Source: Felis catus
Taxonomy: Eukaryota
DNA: 64,000 nt
Direction of reading: 5' to 3'
NCBI RefSeq assembly: GCF_018350175.1
Contig: NC_058383.1
Coordinates: 28,522,001 to 28,586,000, forward strand
Part shown: positions 41,105 to 52,064 of the stretch, piece after piece
How the letters are laid out: every line of letters starts with the position of its first letter
Position numbering within the stretch: the stretch's first letter is position 1
The notes under the pieces: model-generated
What the model was told of the DNA's origin: nothing
Seen by the model: the letters and a program-made list of their open reading frames with translations, nothing else
Databases searched by the model: none
Position numbers and translations under genes: made by a program

Positions 41105-41183
41105 CGCCAAAAAAGCCGGGGTCTCCTCCGGGAAAGGACCCTATTTAGGGGTTTATCGGGAGGGGACTGAGCCTGACGAGGCT
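41105..41183 (-). ncRNA. MIR484: pre-mir-484; mature miR-484 UCAGGCUCAGUCCCCUCCCGAU at 41176-41155
   Basis: Reverse complement contains the known mature miR-484 sequence exactly; position next to the MARF1 TSS matches human synteny. Confidence 0.93.
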
Positions 41184-41339
41184 GCAGGGCCGCGAGGCCC
41201 CGCCCCCCCCGGGGTTCCCAGCACGCCCCGCGCGGGAGGACGCGGCGGCGGGGGCGGAGTGGAGGAAGGGGCGGAGCGAGGTGGGGAGAGAAGGGCGTCG
41301 GTTTTGCGACAGGGGCGGCGCGGTGCGGAAGCGGAAGTG

Positions 41340-41460
41340 GAGGGTGCGCTTGGCGGCGGCGGCGGGAGCTGCGGAGTCGGGAATCAAAACAAAGGGCCTG
41401 GGGGGGCGGGGGGAAGGCGGCGGGGCCGGAATGTGAGCGGAGGTGGAGCCGGCGGCTGAG
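41340..41460 (+). other. MARF1: MARF1 non-coding exon 1 (5' boundary approximate)
   Basis: Consensus donor GAG|gtgagt at 41461, downstream of the ETS tandem in the CpG island. Confidence 0.75.
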
Positions 41461-43837
41461 GTGAGTTGGCTGGCAGCGCTGGGTACTAGTTCCTGACGGA
41501 CTCACTGCTCTGGGGCCACCAGCTGGAGGCGGGACAAGTACCCCCCCTTCCCCTGCCCTTTGCTGGCGGGGGTGGGGGAGGTTGGCTACTCCGAGGTGAA
41601 GGACTGGGACCCACCAGTCAGGCCGCCAGCAAAGGTTCCGGTTGTCTCCCTTTTAGGTCCGTTCACGACTGTCATTGCTGCGCCGCTACTGCCTTTTGGG
41701 GGTGTTTGGCTCCCCGCCCGCACCTGCCTCCCTGCTCCCTGTGGGGCTTCCAGGTGTGGAGAGCAACCCTTCTCGAGCAGTGTGCACAGTTGGAAGGTTC
41801 AGAGAGGAGTAAAGGGGCGGGTGTTTTTAACCCCCGCCCCGAGCGTTTTTGCGTTCTCCTCGGTCTTTCAGCACTCTCTAGGGTGTAGTCTCTGGCTTGA
41901 CAGATAAGTGTTGAGTTGCCCTAGAGCCACTCCCACTACTAATTGCAAAGCAACACCGTGGTACACGTGTTAGTTTCCCAAGCACCTTCCTGGTATTACC
42001 AAGAGCTTTCCAGTTACATTTGTATCTTTTGGACTCCCCAACTTCTCTGAGCGGTAACTGTGGTGTTTTGCCTCCTGGGGGATGAAAGCCCAAGTGGTCT
42101 TCCTAGACGTTTATTGAACTCTTCACTCATTGGACAATTGTTGATAGGTACCGGACACTGCTAGGTGCAGGAAATACAGCCCTGAATGAGAAAACATGAT
42201 GCCTGCTGTCATGGAGTTTATATTCAATAGGGGCGACGTAAAACATCAAGCAAATAATTTTAGATAGAAGACCCTATGAAAACAAAGTAATGGGTTGGGG
42301 TGGTTTGTGGATCCAGGACTAGCTTGGGTGTTAAGGCCACTTCTAAATTTCATAATGTGACTGTCTCATTAAATCCCAACAACAGCCCTTTGAGGATGCT
42401 GTGGTTACTATCAGGCCCATTTTACAGATAGGATTTGAGGTTCAGAGAGGTTGTGAGCTCTCCAAAGCTGCACAGATAGGAAGCCGCAAAATTGGGACTT
42501 AATACACAGACTAACAGTAGAGTCTGTGCTCTCAAGCACTGTCTGAATTGTTCAGAGTCTCACTCACATCGGATAGAACTTGCTTTGGCTGCCTAAGTAC
42601 TTAGTGGCATTCCCAGGAATGCTTGGGAAATTTTCTGGGTGCGGGCCACTAACCTGCTAATACATTTGTACTTTCTGTTGATTGTGTTGAGCAATACGGA
42701 AGGCACCTTGTTGTGGTGGAAAGGGGTGGACAAGCCTGGTTCTGCCCCCTCTCTAATTGTGTGATCTTGGCAAGTTGCAAAACTTAATTAAACTTCTGCT
42801 TACTCCTCTGTAAAATGTGGCTTATTTCTCTCTGGTCTGTCTCACAGATTGACTGTGGGGAAAAAAAAGATTACATAAATGGATCTTACTGTCTGGTTGC
42901 TTTCATCATTGTATCTCCTGGGCCAAGCACAGACCTGTTATATAGTAGACACTAAATAAATATTTACTGAATGAGGAAATAATGTTAAAGTACTTTGTAA
43001 TCTGTATTGTACTCTCCCTGTTACCTCACTTTCAGCATTGGCCTTGAAGAGGTGAGAGAGCACGTTGAAGTTGTGTATTGTGAACATCACAAATTCCTAT
43101 GATCTAAAGAGGAGATTGTAAGGGAATATAAGACCTGTCTTGAGTAAGAAAAACAGCTAGTATAGCTATTATAATTTATCATTGTGGCTGTTAATGCTGT
43201 CTCTGCTTCTAACTTAACTTCTAACTGTATGTAGGAGGTAAATACTTTATTCATTCCTTCATTTAACAAATAATTACTTAGTATGTAAGGTTTAGCAAGC
43301 CCTGTGCTTAGCACAGACTATACATTGGTGAAAACAAATGGATGGGGAGGGGAGGAGCCCTTTGTCTAATCCCCCCACCCCCCATGCCTTGGAGGGGGAG
43401 AAATGAGGCACACTCTACAGAGGAAGAAACTGAAACTTAAGGGCCAAATAGTAAATGTTTTAGGCCTTCCCCTCCAGTCTCTGTTTCTGGTAACTCAACT
43501 CTGTAGTTGTAGTGCATAAGCAGCCCCAGACAGTACTTAAACAAATTTCTCTATTTATAGATACCAAAAGTTGAATTTCATATAATGTTGTGTTGCACAA
43601 TTTTTTTCCCCTAAGAATTAAAGATAGATAAAATACATTCTTAGTTTGAAGGCCATTTAAATACAAGCAGCAGGCTGGTTTTGGCTGGCCGGCTATAGTT
43701 TGCCTACCCCTGCTTTCTGTGATCAGTTGTATATTTTAGAGTACTGGTTAGTCATTGTTCCCTTCACCATATTGTGTCGATGTTAAACTCTTGAGAGGAG
43801 CATCTTATCAGAGTGATAGCTAAAAAAATTGTTTTCA

Positions 43838-44047
43838 GGGGCGCCTGGGTGGCTCACTCGGTTAAAGTGTCCAACTCTTGATCTCAAGTCAGGTCTTACG
43901 GTATACGGGACTGAGCCCTGTGTGGGGCTCTGCGCTGACCATGCGGAGGCTGCTTGGGATTTTCTCTCTCCCTCTCTCTCTGCCCCATCCCCACTCATGC
44001 CCTCTCTCTCTCAAAATAAATAAATAAAAACATTAAAAAGAAAAAAA
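43838..44047 (+). mobile_element. CAN/SINEC SINE
   Basis: SINE consensus with A tail. Confidence 0.85.
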
Positions 44048-44864
44048 GTTGTTTTATTTATGTTCAGGTGAACTTTCTGATAAATTGATGACCTTAAAAT
44101 GGCCACTGTGGGTAAGAAGAGGTGGTTGTTTGGTATGATGGCGAAGACTTGGAAGTGACGTTCCGCTGTCCTTACCGTTGGCAGGCTGCCCCCATGCCCA
44201 GTGGCTGTTATCGATTGGATCTGCTTTCATTGTACTGTTTAAGACTTGTAAGAATGTGGTTGCACTGGAATAGATATAGCACATCTGTGACTTGAGATTT
44301 CTCGGTTGGAGTTTTGGTGGTGTATCAGATTGCACTTTCATGATAAGTAAATGAAGGAATTGGTTCGATTTGTTCTGTAGCAGAATCACATTCAGAGTCC
44401 ACAGAGGTCACTTAATTTGGACCTTCTGTAGTCACATCAATGACACAGTGGGTTAGGTTGCTGTTAAGTCAAATGCCAGAATCTTACATAATTGGAAATG
44501 AAGACGTGTGTTTGTTCTTTTACTAAAATTACATGCTCTTGTCTATTAACATTTTGACCCTCGCAAGTAGAGCCTTTAGGGGAGAGATGGTTGAGAAGAA
44601 TTAAGAAAAACTGTAGAAAAGGCCTCCTCAGGGCTGGAGGAGGTTGTCACTTGGCTAGAATTCTACTTTTGTTTCTACGATCTGACTTACTGGGGGCTAT
44701 TGTACCGTAAATGTAGTTGCGCCGTAAGTGCGGTTGAAGTTACACTTTTTAATAGTAAAATTTGTCCTTATGCAAATAACTGATGTTGAGATCTCGTTCT
44801 TAACAGGGTGGAAGAATGACAGAAAAGAAAGATGGGAGAATGTTGAACCACTTTGTATGGCTGT

Positions 44865-45008
44865 ATGATGGAAGGAAACGGAACTGAGGACCCCTGCAGT
44901 AGAACACTTGGATGGCTCCGACAAAATAATGATGCTAAGCCATGGCTCTGGAAATTTTCTAATTGCTTTTCTCGTCCTGAGCACACATTGCCACTTAGCC
45001 CCCACACG
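44865..45008 (+). CDS. MARF1: MARF1 exon 2 coding part [48 protein letters not shown] (exon begins 44807)
   Basis: taacag| acceptor, ACG|gtaact donor; matches the MARF1/limkain-b1 N-terminus. Confidence 0.92.
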
Positions 45009-47079
45009 GTAACTATGTGCAAGACTGAGGACATAGCAAATTCCTTGTGCAAATAGATGAGTGGCCCATTTGGTCTGGGGCAGTCTCTCTTTCCCTGGAG
45101 TCTGTGCTAAGTTTTACTTTGCATCCTGCTTTTTCCTCCTTGTAGCACATGATTATAATTTCTGACTCAAGGAGAGCATAATTTTTTAACTGTAGCTGCT
45201 TTGAATATTTAATGTTAACATTTTGGGAAGACTTACTTCTTAGGAAAGTCAGAGATTCCAAAGATGAAATCAAATTGTAGAGTCGAATCAGAAGAAAGTA
45301 TAAAATAGACTTTATTCTACTGTAGCCTTCTGAGGTTTGAGTCTTAAAATCAAGGGAAGATTGAAAGGACCTTATTGGCGGTCTTTTTCTGTTCAAGAGT
45401 TCTCTTGAACATTTAAACATGTCTGCAACTTCTTCCTTTGTTTTTTCATAGTGATTTTGATTTTTTCTGATGTCATGCATGCATCATGTTCCCACTTTTC
45501 TATTCTGTTTCTTTCCTTTTTTTGGCTTTTGCATTTGGGATTTGAATGAGATTTTATGAATTTATATAAGGGTGTTAATAACTTTTTTTAAAACTCAGCT
45601 AAATTCCTTATCTCCTCCAGGGTTTCATTTTATAGTTCTCTTTTTTGCATGGCATCAGTAATTGTGGTCATTTACTTTAAGGACATCTGACAGCAGGGTT
45701 GGCACCTCAAGCAGGGCTTCCTGGGACGGTCGGTCAGGCCCCCGTGGGGTCCGACAATACAGGATTGCACTTTCACTTTATAGATCCAGACGCCTGCTTC
45801 TTTCAGTGGTACCCAGACCTGAGTCAAGACCATAAGAGCCAGATCTATATAAATCCGAATGCCAGTAAATGAATTTCTAGCCTGAACTGTAATTACCAAG
45901 AGAGCAGGACACGCTGCTTGTTGGCAGTCAGTCGGTTATCAGCAACCCCCCCCCCCCGCCCTTTTAGGAGAAGTCGACCTGAAAAATCCTACATCTTCAG
46001 ATCCTGATTTCTCCCAAATGAGTGTGCTCTCCCAGGTTAATGTAGAACCACAGCCAAAGGGGTGAAACCATAGCAGTCAGATGGCCCGTTCTGTACTCTG
46101 AGGGAAGAGCATGTCTCCATCACCATATCTGCTTTCTCTTAATAGTTCCTGCAGCCAGCCAGGAAGGGCTGTCGATTAGTTAGATCCCCTTTCAGTGACC
46201 AGGTACCCTGCTGAGTGCTTTATGTGCACTGTCGTGTTTTATCCTCCTAGCCGTTGTAGGAGCTACATTGTGTTCCCAACTGAAGCATGAGGAAACCGAA
46301 GTATGGAGAGGTTATGTACCTTACCCCAGGTCCTACAACTGCTGAGTATCACATTCCAACCCAGGTCTCTAACACCAACGACAACACAACATCCTGTGTC
46401 TGTGTTGGAGGCATATGACAAGCTATTTCTCTTGAATATCGTGCCCAGTTTTCTAATTAATCCTTTTCCCTGGCTACATAGCAGTGGTTGGCCTTGTGGC
46501 TTTAGGTCATGATAGCCTGGAGTTTGCTTCATGTCCCCAACAGCATGTTTAAGACTCCACGGATGGGCCATGTGGGCAGATAGCTGATCTCATCCGAAAG
46601 TTTGGAATCGTCTGGAGGACCTTAGTAAACCCTTTATGGTCTGACTGCAGGAACCATTAAGTATTTTCCTCAACGCACTTGGCTTGTGAGCCATCCTTGT
46701 TGAACGCCATTCGTGATTGTGTTGTTTTCGTACCACCTGTTTTGTCTTCAGAAGGCCCTGTGAGGCAAGGGGAAGTTATCAAAGGGAAGTCCCTGAGGCA
46801 CAGATGGTTAACCTGCCTTGCTGACCGTGTAAGCAGCACCCTGCCCCAGTCTCTTAAAATCCAGGAAGGACACGGTCTTGATTTTGTTTGTCCGTTTCCC
46901 TGTTCTGTGAATAAGGCCCCTGCTTTCAGCCGCCACTCCGTTCTCCTTCTGTTTGGTTGTGATCGAGTGATGTAAACAGGACTGAACACTACTTCCGTCT
47001 CTAGATTGCAGTAGGATGTGAGTAACCGAAACTCACCGGCCCCGTGAAGCTAACTTGCCTTCTGGTCTTCTCTTCCCAG

Positions 47080-47772
47080 AAAGATTACATGGAGAACAAG
47101 AAAGCTGCTGTGGAGTTAAAGGACGTGCCGTCTCCCCTTCATGCTGGCTCTAAACTTTTTCCAGCAGTCCCGCTTCCAGATATTCATTCTCTCCAGCAAC
47201 CTAAAATACAGCTTTCACCTGTCCCCAAAGTAAGCTGCTGCGCTCATTGCCCTAATGAACCCTCCACTTCGCCCATGCGTTTTGGTGGTGGCGGTGGCGG
47301 CGGTGGTGGCGGAGGTAGCGGTAGCTTGATTCACCCAGGCGCACTGTTAGACTCACAGAGCACCAGGACAGTCACGTGTCAGGTAGGGTCAGGGTTTGCC
47401 TTCCAGTCTGCATCTTCGCTCCAGAATGCCTCAGCTAGGAACAACTTGGCCGGCCTTGCAAGTGACTTCCCCAGCATGTGTCTAGAGAGTAATCTATCTT
47501 CCTGCAAACACCTGCCCTGTTGTGGAAAGCTTCATTTCCAGTCCTGCCATGGTAACGTGCACAAGCTGCATCAGTTTCCGGCTCTCCAGGGCTGCGCCTC
47601 CGCTGGCTATTTCCCCTGTTCTGATTTCACAAGCGGGGCTCCGGGGCATTTGGAAGAGCACATTTCACAGTCGGAGCTAACGCCTCACTTGTGCACCAAT
47701 TCTTTGCACCTAAACGTGGTACCTCCGGTTTGTTTAAAGGGCTCACTTTACTGCGAAGACTGTCTCAACAAG
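47080..47772 (+). CDS. MARF1: MARF1 exon 3 (KDYMENKK...CEDCLNK), long form
   Basis: ttcccag| and AAG|gtgtgt; 693 nt open; ORF track 47044-47817. Confidence 0.95.
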
Positions 47773-48519
47773 GTGTGTATCTTTTTATTTGTTACGTTGG
47801 GTGCAGCTGACTTTTGAGGAGTGACTTTTTTAAAGTGGATCTATCTCGAAAAGTCTTTGTGGTGCATGGGGCTGAAGATTCTTCTGCGAGGTAGCTTTCT
47901 CCCCAGCAGCATAGCCTCTGTCGGTCCCGAAAGAGGCGAAGGGTAAAATGGGAAGGCCCATCCCAAAACGTGCAGGGTCCTTATTCACGTAGTTTGTGCT
48001 TTTAGAGGCTCTCGTTGTAACAAATCCGTTGCCTACACGTACACCTAGTTCGGCAAAGCTTCGGGTTCTGTTGTGTCTTTAAAGGCTAGAGTTCTCATAA
48101 CTAACACTCACCTCATATATGGACCCATTCATGTTAACATAGGTCACCCCATGGTGTTCTTTGGTAATAATTTGAGGGACTTGGAACTTGGCCTCGATCA
48201 CACGGGTGTTCAAGTAAAGATTTTAGTTTCCTTTACGGAGAGTATGTCTGGGTCTCCTCTGCAGGATACATACGCCCTAGGCTGTGAAAGTCGTCCCAGA
48301 CCATTTAAAGTCACTTTGTGAAGTGAGTTTGTGAATTAACAGCTGATAGTTCTGGGAATGCACTGAAATATTGAAAATACATTCTGTCAGAGGCGACAGA
48401 TTCTAACAGGTGGAAAGAAGAAACACTTAGAATGTGTTTTCAGTTGTTGTTTATAACTCTAGGTTCTGAAATGATGTGTCTGAAACCTCCTCCTTTTTTT
48501 AAAAAAATTTTTAAAACAG

Positions 48520-48694
48520 CCGGCAAGAAATAGTATAATTGATGCTGCTAAAGTCTGGCCAAATATACCACCTCCAAATACTCAAACTGCACCTGTTACT
48601 ATTCCTCTGTGTAATGGCTGTGGAACCAAAGGAGCAGGGAAGGAGACCACGTTGTTATTGGCGACCAGTCTAGGCAAAGCTGCTTCGAAATTTG
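48520..48694 (+). CDS. MARF1: MARF1 exon 4 ([20 protein letters not shown]...AASKF)
   Basis: aacag| and G|gtaaat; 175 nt. Confidence 0.93.
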
Positions 48695-49623
48695 GTAAAT
48701 GACAGTATGGTATAAAATGTGCATATTTAAGTAGTTTTCAGTATCTGATACACTGCATTTAGTCACCTTGAAAAGATTCTTGTGGTCTAAAGCTACTGTG
48801 TATGTGCATCTCCATTTCTCCCCCTTGGTAAAAAATCTTTTTATTCTTAGACACCGACGAGTCATTTGCCTTTTATGTTGCACTGAGGCTGTTTGAGGTC
48901 GGATGCCGTATACAGAATACTAGGTATACGAGGTATATATTAGGAGAGATAAGTGCCAGAGGGGACTTAGTGTCATCTTAGGTTCCTAATTACACTTGAT
49001 GGCGCACTCCATAGAAGTACTTACTATTTAGAAAGATTTAGTAATGGTTGATAAAAAACAAGAATTGAAAAACCTAGTATCATTTCCCCCAAAAAGTAGT
49101 TAATGTGATATTTTGTCTTTGGAAAACTTTTTTTTTTAATATTAAATCAGATGTTAATGCAGTGTTAAATTTTTTTTTTTTTTTTTAATCAAGGACAGTA
49201 ACAACTTCACTCTTTGTCACCTCTTCATTGCTCTTCCATACTGAGCAGGTAGACACGCGTGGGCAGAGCATGACAGGTCCCAGAGCCGCAGTGTCCATTC
49301 GCCTACGTGTTAGTGTACAGAGAAACGTAGACATAACGGTCAGCATGAGGATGGCTCATGCTTTGCAATGGATTTGTTGTGGGCCTGAAGTAACTTGACC
49401 TTTAGATTTGTTCTTTCCTGAAAAAGAGGAATAATCACTTAGGAATGCTATTGCAACTTGGGGTTGTCCTTTTAGGTCAACCAGTGAGGTTGGTATCCTT
49501 AAGCTTAACATCAATCAATAATTTCATTTTTCTGCCACTAAAAATGATAGGTAGCTACCTATTATTTTAATTTGCCATTATTTTTTTCACTATGTGTGAT
49601 TGAAAGTGTTAACATTTCCTAAG

Positions 49624-49850
49624 GGTCACCAGAAGTTGCACTAGCCGGACAGGTGCTGGAAAACTTACCCCCCATTGGAGTTTTTTGGGATATTGAAAAC
49701 TGTTCGGTTCCCTCTGGCCGCTCAGCTACTGCTGTTGTACAGAGAATCCGTGAGAAGTTTTTTAAAGGCCACAGAGAAGCAGAATTCATCTGTGTGTGTG
49801 ACATCAGTAAAGAAAACAAAGAAGTTATTCAAGAGCTGAATAATTGCCAG
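49624..49850 (+). CDS. MARF1: MARF1 exon 5, NYN ribonuclease domain start ([12 protein letters not shown]...ELNNCQ)
   Basis: cctaag| and CAG|gtaaaa; 227 nt; VFWDxEN NYN/PIN-like motif. Confidence 0.95.
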
Positions 49851-49931
49851 GTAAAAAAAAAAAAAGGTTTTTTCATCTATTATGGTACAAGAAGAAGCAC
49901 ATGTGTGTTTTTTTTAAATAATTTTAATTCA

Positions 49932-50151
49932 GGGGCGCCTGGGTGGCGCAGTCGGTTGAGTGTCCGACTTCAGCCAGGTCACGATCTCGCGGTCCGTGAG
50001 TTCGAGCCCCGCGTCAGGCTCTGGGCTGATGGCTCAGAGCCTGGAGCCTGTTTCCGATTCTGTGTCTCCCTCTCTCTCTGCCCCTCCCCCGTTCATGCTC
50101 TGTCTCTCTCTGTCCCAAAAATAAATAAACGTTGAAAATAATAATAATAAT
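49932..50151 (+). mobile_element. Young felid SINE, TSD AATAATTTTAATTCA (49917-49931, 50152-50166), with (AAT)n tail
   Basis: Near-identical to the copies at 7482, 20192, 29292 and 62159. Confidence 0.92.
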
Positions 50152-51178
50152 AATAATTTTAATTCAAAATTTGTTAAATATGCATTTCTACTAGGTTGGC
50201 AAATAAAGGAAATTAGCAAAAGATTATCTCTGAAGTACTAGAAACCACTTAATCGTATTTGATCTTTCAGTAATGCCACGTATATGTGACTAGTGCTGTG
50301 TCACAGCATGGTTACGTGTGCATCCTTTCTTTTGATTTTCATGGCTGCTCTATGAAAAGGGCTCATAGGATTTATTATTTGAAATTTGCAAATTCACCTG
50401 AGGCACCAAGATGTTAAACAACTTTTTAAAGATCACGTGGCCAGTAACCAGATGAGCTAGGATTTAAATCCAGATTGTCTGACTGCAAAGTCTATTCTCG
50501 TAAGCTGGAACTAGAAACCAGTTCTTTTGACGCTTAGACAAGTAATTCTGTTTTTATGCCATATTGCTGCCTAAAATTACATACTTATGCTCCTTAAAAA
50601 ACTAATAAATCCTATTGTGTATTGTATGTAGTTGAAATGCCTCTCAAAACCTTTCCTTGCCCTTGGAGACTTCAGTATAAGCCTGATAACTTTAACAGAA
50701 ATAAATCCATTTTTGCTCTTTTGGGGACAGATGCCTTTCCTCTCCCATCACCTAACCCCAGATCCTGAAAGCTATAGACTATGTGTAGCAGAGACAAGTG
50801 ACATCATATACAGCCCTAAATCTTAGGTTCATCATCTCTGTCCATCTCTGCTACTTCCTGGTTGTTGGCAAAAGCTGTTAGAGCTGCATTACTTCATATC
50901 TCACTTCCTTGTCTGCCTGTTGTCTGAAAGGGGGTTGGATGAAGTACAAGAGCAGATGAAGAGAGGCGTGCAGGGCTAACAATGGATCTAGTTCATTTGT
51001 ACAGAGACACAAATGTGAAATTACTGAGATCTGTTTATGATTTTCATTGCTAAGTGGCAAGAATAACAACAGCTAGAGTTTCGTTCCTTGAGGACCGTCT
51101 CTGAAGATGTGGGCAGAATGTGTAGTGATTTCCCAAGCTCAGCTCTTACTAATTTGTCCTCACTCTGAATCAACGCAG

Positions 51179-51296
51179 GTGACCGTTGCCCACATCAACG
51201 CTACCGCCAAGAACGCGGCTGACGACAAACTGCGCCAGAGTCTCCGAAGGTTTGCGAACACTCACACTGCTCCAGCCACTGTGGTTCTCGTGTCGA
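51179..51296 (+). CDS. MARF1: MARF1 exon 6, NYN domain ([20 protein letters not shown]...VVLVS)
   Basis: cgcag| and A|gtaagt; 118 nt; KNAADD motif. Confidence 0.96.
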
Positions 51297-51891
51297 GTAA
51301 GTGCAGAGACATCTGCTCATTTCCACTAAACGCGCTGTGTGGGAATTATTACAGAAGCCAGGACACATTCGAGTGAAATATGCCCCCAGAGAGGCTGAAA
51401 TGCACAGGCCCTATTTGTGCTTACCTCTGAGAACGGTTTAGAGAAAAAAGCGGAGTCTGTGTAGATTTTGTGGATTTTCTCCTTAGAGCTTGAATGTGGA
51501 TTCTTGTGGGGCCAGTTAAAGAAAATGTAATTTTTTATTCTACTTTATTTTTTTGTATCCTGGGCCCAGTATTGCTAGTTTTAACAATCTAAGAAGAATT
51601 TCCAAAGCTGCTGCTCCCCGAAATATTAATATTTGCTCTCTTTTACTATTGGAAGTAACGTGTGTTGGAATTCAGTAGAAGTATGTGGTAAAATTGCCCT
51701 ACGGTGTTCATTCTTGTGTGAAACGCGTTCCTGTTTCAGCTAAGGGGGTGGGAGCTGGGGGGCGGGGGGTGGAGCAACTCTGAGTCCAGTCCAGCCATTC
51801 CTTCCTTCTCAGTAGGGGGCAGTACAGCTGTGTGTCTGTGTCACGTCTTTCTAATGTTTGGGGATGGGGTGGGCTGTGCCTTTTCTTTCAG

Positions 51892-52064
51892 CTGATGTCA
51901 ATTTTGCGTTGGAGCTTAGTGATCTGAGACACAGGCATGGTTTCCACATAATTTTGGTCCATAAAAACCAGGCCTCGGAAGCACTGCTGCATCATGCTAA
52001 TGAGCTGATCAGATTCGAAGAGTTCATTTCCGACTTGCCCCCCAGGTTACCACTAAAAATGCCA
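51892..52064 (+). CDS. MARF1: MARF1 exon 7, NYN domain end ((T)[16 protein letters not shown]...LPLKMP)
   Basis: ttttctttcag| and CCA|gtaagt; 173 nt. Confidence 0.96.

Larger units (their letters stand above)
40840..41760. promoter_or_regulatory. CpG island / bidirectional promoter for MARF1 (+) and mir-484 plus upstream NDE1 transcripts (-)
   Basis: CpG-rich; tandem ETS/GABP sites CGGAAGCGGAAGTG at 41326-41339, GC boxes, E-box at 40851, E2F site at 40886-40897. Confidence 0.85.

Noticed and set aside
40854..41505. 201-aa and 138-aa ORFs over the MARF1/mir-484 promoter
   Set aside because: CpG-island and homopolymer artefacts.
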